A stretch of DNA of 64,000 nt. It comes from Bacillota bacterium (GTDB lineage: Bacteria > Bacillota > Sulfobacillia > Fermentithermobacillales > Fermentithermobacillaceae). Location: assembly GCA_012841065.1 (NCBI GenBank), contig DUVI01000002.1, positions 10,072 to 74,071 on the forward strand, given 5' to 3'. Both the position numbers and the translations under genes were made by a program. Shown piece by piece: positions 9,531 through 17,330 of this stretch; the stretch's first letter is position 1, and the number at the start of each line of letters is the position of its first letter. A model generated the notes under the pieces. It did not search any database and was not told the DNA's origin. It worked only from the letters and a program-made list of their open reading frames with translations.

Positions 9531-10193
9531 ATGCCGCGCAAGAACAACGATAGCCAAGCGGAGCAGAGCCGGCCGGGTGAGACCGGAAGACCCGCTTATC
9601 TTAGGGGGTTGAGGCCCCGGGAAAAGCCCCCGGGTGAGATCAAGGAGGTTGCTCCCGTTGAGGAGGAACAAGAACCTAAGGAAGACGTGGAACTGTATAG
9701 GTGGACAAATTGGCTTCTTCCTAGGCGCCCCCTTGTTGCCGTTCTTGTCATCGGTTCGCTCATAGGATGCATAGCTCTTGCATATTGGGCGGTACCCCAA
9801 CCGTTTTTTGTCGCGGTTATCACCGTGATATTCCTTAATCGCCTGGCTCCGTATCTCTTTCCCGTAACATTTGTCCTTACTGAGGAAACAGCGGGCTACA
9901 AGACGTTTCTGGCGCGCGATATCCGCAATTGGGATGTGTTCTTGGCCTACAGGGAATTTCCTGACGGTGTGTTCCTTACACACGATATACGGACTCTTAG
10001 AGGGCGTCTGAAGGAGGGGATTTTTCTCTACTATTACGAAGATTGTTCCAACAAAGATGAAATCCTTCGCATAGTCGGCTCTAAGTTGAAGCCTCTCGAT
10101 GAAGCACTGTCCACCGAACCCGATAAGAAGGAAAACAAGGGCGGACTGCGTTCAGCTTTCGAGCGGATTCGCAGGTTGCGCTCCAAGAAGTAA
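9531..10193 (+). CDS. Hypothetical membrane protein (charged N-terminus, 2 predicted TM helices, cytosolic C-domain, basic tail)
   Basis: Strong SD (GGGAGG, 7-nt spacing). Hydrophobic stretches LVAVLVIGSLIGCIALAYWAV and FFVAVITVIFLNRLAPYLF. No family recognised. Confidence 0.6.
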   Translation: MPRKNNDSQAEQSRPGETGRPAYLRGLRPREKPPGEIKEVAPVEEEQEPKEDVELYRWTNWLLPRRPLVAVLVIGSLIGCIALAYWAVPQPFFVAVITVIFLNRLAPYLFPVTFVLTEETAGYKTFLARDIRNWDVFLAYREFPDGVFLTHDIRTLRGRLKEGIFLYYYEDCSNKDEILRIVGSKLKPLDEALSTEPDKKENKGGLRSAFERIRRLRSKK

Positions 10194-10289
10194 TGAAGTA
10201 ATCAGGACTACTCATCCTCCAGCATAGCCTATGAGAGCTTTTTTCTTCATTCTTTGATTAGCGACAGGGAGAGCAAGGAGGGATCTGGT

Positions 10290-12185
10290 ATGGAAGAGAG
10301 AAGAGTTGAGTCTATTTTGGCCACAGACGTTGGCTCTACTACCACTAAAGCTGTTCTCATTGAGAAGATCGGGGATGAGTACAGGCTGGTCACCCGCGGA
10401 GAAATGCCCACCACAGTAGAAGCCCCATGGGAAAACGTGATGATCGGCGTGAAGAAAGCCGTAAAGCGGGTAGAGGAACTCATAGACAGGCCGCTTCTTG
10501 ATGAGGATGGTAACCTGATTAGGCCAAAGCAAGGCGAAAAGGGAGTCGACATGTACGTTTCTACATCCTCAGCCGGAGGCGGGCTCCAAATGATGGTGGC
10601 CGGCCTGGTGAAGTCGATTAGCGCCAGTTCAGCTCACAGGGCAGCGTTGGGAGCCGGGGCGGTAGTACTTGATGTCATATCAGTGGACGACGGACGATCT
10701 CAATCAGAGCAAATCACCAGAATCACCGAGTTACGCCCTGACATAATCCTGGTGTCAGGCGGCGTCGATGGGGGTTCTGTGGCATATCTGGCGTTAATTG
10801 CGGAGATTATCAAACAGGCTAACCCTCAGCCACGTTTTGGTGCCACGTATAAACTGCCCCTTATTTATGCGGGTAACAAAGACGCCCAGGATATTGTGAT
10901 GCAAATCTGCGGAGACACAATGGACGTGCATCTGGTCCCTAACCTCAGGCCGCGTCACGACATTGAGAACCTCGGGCCCTCAAGGGAAGCCATACACGAT
11001 CTCTTCATGAACCACGTCATGGCTCAAGCTCCCGGATATGGCGAACTCATGGAATTGGTAGATACAACTATTATGCCCACACCCGGTGCTGTCGGAAAAC
11101 TGATTATGGTTCTGGGCGAACAGAATAATCAGAGCATTATCGGTGTGGATATTGGCGGAGCAACCACTGACGTGTTTTCTAACTTCGAGGATACCTTCAC
11201 GAGGACGGTGTCTGCGAACCTGGGGATGAGCTATTCGATATGCAATGTGCTTGAAGAGGCAGGTTTCGACAATATTCTACGCTGGGTGCCTTTCGGCATG
11301 GACCAGTCACAGATTTCAGACTGGATTGCCAACAAGATGGTCAGGCCTACCACTATACCTCAGACTGTTTACCACCTTGTAGTTGAGCACGCGCTTGCCA
11401 GGGAAGCTCTGCGGCTCAGCTTCGAGCACCACAAGAGCCTCGCGAAAAAAGTCGAGGAAGAAAAAGTCGGATTTGGCCGTGAGAGCGGAGTTGCCAAAGC
11501 CTCGGGACGCGACATTATCAACATGATGGAGCTTGACATGCTGGTGGGTTCAGGCGGCGTACTGTCACATGCCCCCAGGCGGCACCAGGCTGCACTCATG
11601 CTCATAGATGCTTTCCAGCCTGAAGGGATCACCCAGCTGGCCGTAGACTCTATTTTCATGATGCCCCACCTGGGAGTGCTTTCATCTGTGTATCCGGACA
11701 TTGCTGCTGAAGTATTTGATAAAGACTGTCTGGTGAGGCTGGGCACAGTCGTCGCGCCTGTCGGCCAGGCACCCAGAAATGGCGTCTGGGCGACAATTCA
11801 CATCACCATGCCCAATGGGGAGATTGTGGAGCGTCAAATCACAAGCGGCGATATCCAGGTTATCCCTTTAGATGTAGGCGAGACTGCATCATGCAAGATT
11901 CAGCCTAACGGCGCGCGTATAGATGTGGGTGCAGGCAGAGGCAAGGCTTTTGAAACCGAACTCCACGGCGGGCTTGTGGGGATTGTCTTGGATGGCAGGG
12001 GCCGTCCAATAGAGATACCCGAAAGCGGGGCTGAACGAATCAAGCGATTGACCTCGTGGTTTGAAGCGATGAACGCTTATCCGATGGAGCCCATTTACGA
12101 ACTCCAGGAGCGGTATCCCATCAAAGAGGAAGACACAAAGGGAGGGAAGAAACGTGGCGGTCTCTTCGGTTTATTCAGGAGATAG
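10290..12185 (+). CDS. ASKHA-fold ATPase, long GlmL/MutL-like, copy 1
   Basis: ATDVGSTTTKAVL (phosphate-1), GVDIGGATTDVFS (phosphate-2), GSGGVLSHAP (adenosine). AAGGAGGGA lies 6 nt before the ATG at 10290, whereas the ORF track starts at 10254. The C-terminal tail reads KKRGGLFGLFRR. Confidence 0.8.
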   Translation: MEERRVESILATDVGSTTTKAVLIEKIGDEYRLVTRGEMPTTVEAPWENVMIGVKKAVKRVEELIDRPLLDEDGNLIRPKQGEKGVDMYVSTSSAGGGLQMMVAGLVKSISASSAHRAALGAGAVVLDVISVDDGRSQSEQITRITELRPDIILVSGGVDGGSVAYLALIAEIIKQANPQPRFGATYKLPLIYAGNKDAQDIVMQICGDTMDVHLVPNLRPRHDIENLGPSREAIHDLFMNHVMAQAPGYGELMELVDTTIMPTPGAVGKLIMVLGEQNNQSIIGVDIGGATTDVFSNFEDTFTRTVSANLGMSYSICNVLEEAGFDNILRWVPFGMDQSQISDWIANKMVRPTTIPQTVYHLVVEHALAREALRLSFEHHKSLAKKVEEEKVGFGRESGVAKASGRDIINMMELDMLVGSGGVLSHAPRRHQAALMLIDAFQPEGITQLAVDSIFMMPHLGVLSSVYPDIAAEVFDKDCLVRLGTVVAPVGQAPRNGVWATIHITMPNGEIVERQITSGDIQVIPLDVGETASCKIQPNGARIDVGAGRGKAFETELHGGLVGIVLDGRGRPIEIPESGAERIKRLTSWFEAMNAYPMEPIYELQERYPIKEEDTKGGKKRGGLFGLFRR

Positions 12186-13512
12186 TCAAACCGGCCGGAT
12201 AGAACTTATCAGAAAAGCAAGGCGGCTGCCTCTGCCAGGGGAGGTCCTTGTTAAGCAGGGAGATCAGATGTTGCCTGACACGCCTGTTGCTAAGATAGCT
12301 TTAAGGCCCGGTATTCCCTGGGTCATTCCGGCTGCCAGGTTGCTCGGTATAGAGCCTTCGGAACTGGGAAAAAGCATGCTGAAACAGGTGGGTGAGCGGG
12401 TCAAGACCCAGGATGTTATTGCCAGGGCTGAACAAGGGCTGTATGGCCGGAAGGAAATCACCTCACCTACAGACGGTGTAATCGAAGACGTATCTGACCG
12501 TTCCGGAAGGATTACCATCCGCGAGGAATTTGGTAAGGAAGAGCCGCCAATAACCTTCGATGTGGCCTTTGAGATCGGTTGCAGGCCTGAAGAACTTCCC
12601 CAGCACATGCTAAGGCAGGTAGGCCAGGAGATCAAGAAGGGCCAGATGATCGCTAAGAAGGGCGAAGCTCAGGCGTTTTTCACCAAGACTGCCTTGGCTC
12701 CTGTATCCGGCATTATATCTAAGATTTGTACCGAGACGGGCAAAGTCACAATTGCCAGGCCGTTCAAAGAGGTTGTGGTAACTGCGTATGTGCAGGGAAC
12801 TGTCTCTGAGATTATTGAGAATCGCGGGTGTGTAGTTGACACTGTGGGAATCCGGCTCAACGGGGTATTCGGGCTGGGAAGAGAGACCCACGGCGAACTC
12901 AAAATGCTCTGCAACAGCCCGGATCAAGTGCTCGAGGCAGACATGATCACCGAAGACTGCAAAGACAAGATTATCGTCGGCGGGTCTTTTGCTACCAACG
13001 AAGCTCTTTCCCGGGCGCTTGATGTTGGAGTAAGGGGAGTGATTACAGGCACGGTCAACTACTTCAACCTGACCCAGTCCCTTGGAGTCAAACTTGGCGT
13101 GGGTATAACGGGCCAGGAGGATATTGACATAACCGTAATACTTATGGAGGGGTTCGGCCACCTGTCCATGCGCAAGGAAGCATGGGAGACACTGGCTTCC
13201 TTGGAGGGAAGGATGGCTTCGATCAACGGTGCAACCCAAATCCGGGCCGGAGCGATAAGGCCTGAGATTATCGTGCCTTTCACGGACTATAAAGGCGAGC
13301 TGGCTAAACCTGCTGTGTTTGATCCTGACTTGCGGGTAGGAATGGATGTGAGGATCATCAACGAACCCTATTTCGGGGCCACCGGGAAAATCTGCGAGAT
13401 CGTCAGGGAACCTGTGGCAATCGAGACTGAAGCCAGAGTACCCGTTGTCCGGGTTGAACTTTTGGATGCGGCTCAAGTGGTGGTTCCCAGGGCTAACGTC
13501 GAGCTGTTGTAA
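12154..13512 (+). CDS. Uncharacterised barrel-sandwich-hybrid repeat protein with KOW/SH3-like C-terminus, copy 1
   Basis: GTG start with GGGAGGG 7 nt upstream, overlapping the upstream gene by 32 nt. Repeated G-x-V-x-x-G-x-x-I...SP.DG.I motifs, and a C-terminus DVRIINEPYFGATGKICEI...VVPRANVELL. Paralogous to 16004-17125. Confidence 0.75.
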   Translation: MAVSSVYSGDSQTGRIELIRKARRLPLPGEVLVKQGDQMLPDTPVAKIALRPGIPWVIPAARLLGIEPSELGKSMLKQVGERVKTQDVIARAEQGLYGRKEITSPTDGVIEDVSDRSGRITIREEFGKEEPPITFDVAFEIGCRPEELPQHMLRQVGQEIKKGQMIAKKGEAQAFFTKTALAPVSGIISKICTETGKVTIARPFKEVVVTAYVQGTVSEIIENRGCVVDTVGIRLNGVFGLGRETHGELKMLCNSPDQVLEADMITEDCKDKIIVGGSFATNEALSRALDVGVRGVITGTVNYFNLTQSLGVKLGVGITGQEDIDITVILMEGFGHLSMRKEAWETLASLEGRMASINGATQIRAGAIRPEIIVPFTDYKGELAKPAVFDPDLRVGMDVRIINEPYFGATGKICEIVREPVAIETEARVPVVRVELLDAAQVVVPRANVELL

Positions 13513-13638
13513 CCTGAGCGAGCAGCTGTGGATGCCTGGCTAAAGCTGCTCGTTGTCTGCTGTGGAATTATTAGGTTGCAATGTGTTGGCTGGAATATTG
13601 TAAAATAGACACAACGCTATCCGCTGGGAGGTGAATAG

Positions 13639-14034
13639 ATGCTTAATTTCCGCGAACCAATTGATGAGAAGCGACGAGAAGAGCTGTTGGACGCGATGGC
13701 TAACAAAATCAACCAATTCGGGATGACGGTTCCTGCGATTTTCTTCTTGGAGATGAACAAGCCCTTCAGTTATATAGGTGGACAGCTCATGCATTTTTTC
13801 TCTCCGATGATCGGAGTGTTTTTCGAGACCTTTGAAGATTATGCATACTTCTTTGATGATAGGAAAAACGTAGAACTTCTGATTCAGCGGCTTGAAGCTC
13901 TTGCTATGGAAGAAGAGGAAGAAAGACGCAAGCAGAAAGAGATGAAGAAAGCAGCAAAGCAGAAGAAAGCAGAAACATCAATGCTGGATGAAGCGCTTAA
14001 GATGGGACCGCAAGATACGAAGGATGAAAAATGA
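13639..14034 (+). CDS. Small hypothetical protein (hydrophobic core, Glu/Lys-rich C-terminus)
   Basis: GGGAGGTGA SD 5 nt before the ATG. Hydrophobic segment MTVPAIFFLEMNKPFSYIGGQLMHFFSPMIGVFF followed by EEEEERRKQKEMKKAAKQKK. No family recognised. Confidence 0.6.
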   Translation: MLNFREPIDEKRREELLDAMANKINQFGMTVPAIFFLEMNKPFSYIGGQLMHFFSPMIGVFFETFEDYAYFFDDRKNVELLIQRLEALAMEEEEERRKQKEMKKAAKQKKAETSMLDEALKMGPQDTKDEK

Positions 14035-14129
14035 TACTGGTATAAGAGGATTTTTTGCGGTGGATGTCGTAATTGACCCAAGTAGTCTTATTGTGTCTTG
14101 ATGGTGCCAGTGAGGGAGGGGAAGACTTA

Positions 14130-15986
14130 GTGCAGGAGCAGAAAAATGCGTTTCATCTGGACAGAGAGATAGACTCTGTGTTGGCTACTGACTGTGGTTC
14201 CACAACGACCAAAGCTATCCTTATTGAAAAGATCGACGATGAATATCGCCTGGTCGTGCGAGGAGAAGCTCCGACAACTGTTGAGGCACCTTTTGAGGAC
14301 GTTACAATGGGTGCAAGGAATGCTATCAGAGAAATTGAGGAACTTACCGGTAGGCGATTTCTCAACGATCAGGGTGTAATCACACCAAGGCAAGCTGACG
14401 GTTCAGGGGCAGATATCTACATGTCAACCTCATCTGCAGGTGGAGGCCTCCAGATGATGGTGGCAGGTGTGGTTAAGACAATGACCGCCGAATCTGCCGC
14501 ACGAGCTGCTCTGGGAGCCGGGGCTATCGTAATGGACGTGATTTCAGTAGATGACGGCCGGAAACCCCACGAGAAGATCCAGCGGATTAGGCAGCTCAGG
14601 CCGGACATGATTCTGCTTTCCGGCGGAATTGACGGGGGAACGATCACCCACGTAGCAGAAATCGGCGAGCTCATATCCGCCGCTGATCCCAAACCGAGGT
14701 TGGGTATAGGGTACAAACTGCCGATCATTTACGCCGGCAACAAGATGGCACGCAAGCACATCAACGATATCCTCGGTGAGAAGACCGACCTTAGAATCGT
14801 GGATAACCTGCGGCCTGTACTTGAAGCCGAAGTGCTCGGGCCGGCCAGGGAAGAGATCCACAACCTCTTCATGGAGCACGTTATGGCTCAAGCGCCGGGT
14901 TACAACAAACTTATGCAGTGGACTCCCGTACCGATTATGCCCACCCCAGGGGCAGTTGGCGCTTGTATGCAGACTGCTGCAAAGGAATACGACATGAGCG
15001 TCATAGGGGTTGACATCGGAGGCGCTACCACTGACGTATTTTCAGTGTTCGGCGAGTTCTTTAACAGGACTGTGTCAGCTAACCTTGGTATGAGCTATTC
15101 CATCTGTAACGTGCTTCTCGAAGCAGGCGTTGCGAATATCGAGAGATGGATTCCGTTTACCATCGAAGAAGGGGCTCTCAGGAACAGGATCCGGAACAAG
15201 ATGATTCGTCCCACCACTATTCCTCAGACCCTTGACGAGCTAATCATCGAACAAGCTATTGCAAGGGAAGCTTTGCGCCTTGCTTTTGAACACCATAAGA
15301 GCTTGGCAGTAGGGCTTAGGGGTGTACACAGGCAAAGGACCATTGGAGATACCTTTGAACAAACCGGAAGTGACGAGACATACATCGACATGGCTGAACT
15401 TGGCATGCTCATCGATTCAGGCGGATGTCTGTCCCACGCACCCAGGCGGGCACAAGCTGCCATGATGCTCATTGACGCTTTCCAGCCGGAATCCACAACC
15501 ATGCTGGCGGTTGACTCAATCTTCATGATGCCGCAGCTGGGTATTTTGGCATCTATCCATCCGAAAGCTTCAATGCAGGTGTTTGACAGGGACTGCCTGG
15601 TCAAACTCGGGATGGCAATTGCTCCTAAAGGGCCCAACGGTAAGGTTGAGTTCGGCAGCCCCTGTCTGGAAGTAACCCTTGAGGTTGACGGTCAGACCCT
15701 CGAGGAATCAGTGCCCTTCGGTTCCATGAAGGTGATTCGGCTCTCCGAAGACAAGACTGCAGAAGCTGTGATTCGCCCAACCAGGCACTTTGATGTGGGC
15801 AAAGGATACGGCCATGAACTCAAAACCACCGTCAACGGCGGAGTGGTCGGAGTGATCATAGATTGCAGAGGCCGCCCGGTTGTACTGCCTGAAGATCTGA
15901 AAGCACGCAACGAGAAACTGGTGGAATGGTTCCTTGCGATGAACATGTATCCTAAGGAATCACTCGGGCAATACGTTGAGGTTTAA
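14130..15986 (+). CDS. ASKHA-fold ATPase, long GlmL/MutL-like, copy 2
   Basis: ATDCGSTTTKAIL, GVDIGGATTDVFS and DSGGCLSHAP. Colinear with copy 1. GTG at 14130 is preceded by GAGGGAGGGG with 8-nt spacing, whereas the ORF track starts at 14073. Confidence 0.8.
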   Translation: MQEQKNAFHLDREIDSVLATDCGSTTTKAILIEKIDDEYRLVVRGEAPTTVEAPFEDVTMGARNAIREIEELTGRRFLNDQGVITPRQADGSGADIYMSTSSAGGGLQMMVAGVVKTMTAESAARAALGAGAIVMDVISVDDGRKPHEKIQRIRQLRPDMILLSGGIDGGTITHVAEIGELISAADPKPRLGIGYKLPIIYAGNKMARKHINDILGEKTDLRIVDNLRPVLEAEVLGPAREEIHNLFMEHVMAQAPGYNKLMQWTPVPIMPTPGAVGACMQTAAKEYDMSVIGVDIGGATTDVFSVFGEFFNRTVSANLGMSYSICNVLLEAGVANIERWIPFTIEEGALRNRIRNKMIRPTTIPQTLDELIIEQAIAREALRLAFEHHKSLAVGLRGVHRQRTIGDTFEQTGSDETYIDMAELGMLIDSGGCLSHAPRRAQAAMMLIDAFQPESTTMLAVDSIFMMPQLGILASIHPKASMQVFDRDCLVKLGMAIAPKGPNGKVEFGSPCLEVTLEVDGQTLEESVPFGSMKVIRLSEDKTAEAVIRPTRHFDVGKGYGHELKTTVNGGVVGVIIDCRGRPVVLPEDLKARNEKLVEWFLAMNMYPKESLGQYVEV

Positions 15987-16003
15987 GAGGAGGGAAGGTA
16001 TAA

Positions 16004-17125
16004 ATGGCACACGCATATACACCTGGACTCAAGGTTACTGAGAGAGCGGTGATCACCAAGACACGCCGCCTTCCTATCCTCGGCGAAGTGCTGGTTGAGA
16101 AAGGACAGGCGGTTTCGCCGGACACTATTGTGGCGAGAACCAATATTCCCGGTAACCCGCAGACCGTTAACGTGGCAAACATTTTAGGCGTCGATCCTGA
16201 TGACATTGCCGATTTGATGAAGAAGAAGGAAGGCGATTTTGTCAAGGAGGGCGAGATTCTGGCCGAGTACAAATCGTTCTTCGGGCTTATCAAGCACGAT
16301 GTAGAATCGCCCACTGACGGGACCATTGAGATGATCTCTACAATTACAGGGCAGGTCACTTTGCGTGAACCACCGGTCCCCATTGAGATAGATGCCTATA
16401 TAGACGGTGTGGTCGAGGAAATCCTCCCCAAGGAAGGGGTTATCGTAAAGACAGAAGGCGCCTTTATTCAGGGTATTTTTGGCGTCGGAGGAGAAGCTCA
16501 GGGCATTATCAGGGTTGCTGTAGAAGGCCCCAATGATGTGCTGGATGCTGCTGCCATCAAACCTGATGACAAGGGCAAGATACTTGTGGGCGGTTCCTTG
16601 GTGACCGCCGAGGCGATTAAGAAGGCCGGCGAAGTAGGCGCCACGGGAATTGTGGCCGGGGGAATAATCGACACCGAATTAATCGAGTACCTGGGCTTTG
16701 ACATTGGCGTAGCAATTACAGGCCATGAAGATATTCCTGTAACTGTGATCATCACTGAAGGCTTTGGAAAGATGAGAATGGCAGACCGCACTTTCGGCCT
16801 GCTGAAGAGACTGGATGGCTTCAAGGCTTCAATCAACGGTGCAACCCAGATCCGCGCAGGAGTCATGCGTCCTGAGATCATCGTGCCCGGTTATGAGGCT
16901 GAGTCCACTGATGAGGGCCTGGACCTCACTGCAGGGCTTGTACCAGGCACACCCATCAGGATCATCAGGGAGCCTTACTTCGGCATGCTGGCTGAGATAG
17001 TCGAATTGCCGCCGGATCTTGAGGTCATCGAATCTGAGGCCAAGGTGAGAATCCTAAGGGCCAAACTGGAAGACGGCACAATTGTCACCGTGCCCAGGGC
17101 AAATGTGGAGATAATCGAAAGCTAA
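16004..17125 (+). CDS. Uncharacterised barrel-sandwich-hybrid repeat protein with KOW/SH3-like C-terminus, copy 2
   Basis: Paralogue of 12154-13512 (RRLPILGEVLVEKGQ..., INGATQIRAGVMRPEIIVP, PIRIIREPYFGMLAEIVE...VPRANVEII) but about 80 aa shorter. An SD lies upstream. Confidence 0.75.
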   Translation: MAHAYTPGLKVTERAVITKTRRLPILGEVLVEKGQAVSPDTIVARTNIPGNPQTVNVANILGVDPDDIADLMKKKEGDFVKEGEILAEYKSFFGLIKHDVESPTDGTIEMISTITGQVTLREPPVPIEIDAYIDGVVEEILPKEGVIVKTEGAFIQGIFGVGGEAQGIIRVAVEGPNDVLDAAAIKPDDKGKILVGGSLVTAEAIKKAGEVGATGIVAGGIIDTELIEYLGFDIGVAITGHEDIPVTVIITEGFGKMRMADRTFGLLKRLDGFKASINGATQIRAGVMRPEIIVPGYEAESTDEGLDLTAGLVPGTPIRIIREPYFGMLAEIVELPPDLEVIESEAKVRILRAKLEDGTIVTVPRANVEIIES

Positions 17126-17151
17126 GAACCAGGCTGTCAGTGTAGACTTAG

Positions 17152-17181
17152 AAGGAGAGGGTTTCCTCTCCTTTTGTTTTT
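17152..17181 (+). terminator. Rho-independent terminator closing the duplicated module
   Basis: Stem AAGGAGAGG, loop gttt, stem CCTCTCCTT, followed by TTGTTTTT. Confidence 0.8.
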
Positions 17182-17330
17182 GGCACACAATGGCAATACT
17201 GAGTTATGTGGATGTTATCCCACATGTGTTTTGGTATGAGATAAAGGGATAACATGTCTGGGCGCAGAACAGAGTTAAGCGTGTGATGCTTGAAGAATGC
17301 GGAGAAAGGAGGAACTAGACTCAAGAGGCC

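Noticed and set aside
12610-13476. 288-aa minus-strand ORF inside the copy-1 partner gene. Similar cases: 11369-11746, 15224-15637, 15952-16383 and 16498-16881.
   Set aside because: These are antisense shadow ORFs fully embedded in plus-strand genes that have SDs, paralogues and conserved motifs. Their translations are low-complexity (Pro/Ser/Arg-rich), with no SD and no recognisable motifs.
13587-13602. Sigma-54-like element TGGCTG-N5-TTGTA upstream of the small ORF and copy 2 of the module.
   Set aside because: The spacing is correct, but the near-invariant -12 GC is GT and the -24 is TGGCTG. There is no bEBP in the window. I treat it as a chance match unless conservation shows otherwise.
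17181-17196. Sigma-54-like element TGGCACACAATGGCAA downstream of the module terminator.
   Set aside because: The -24 TGGCAC is good, but the -12 GC is one nucleotide too close, and the element reads TGGCA rather than TTGC. Spacing is strictly constrained for sigma-54 promoters, and there is no enhancer-binding-protein gene nearby.
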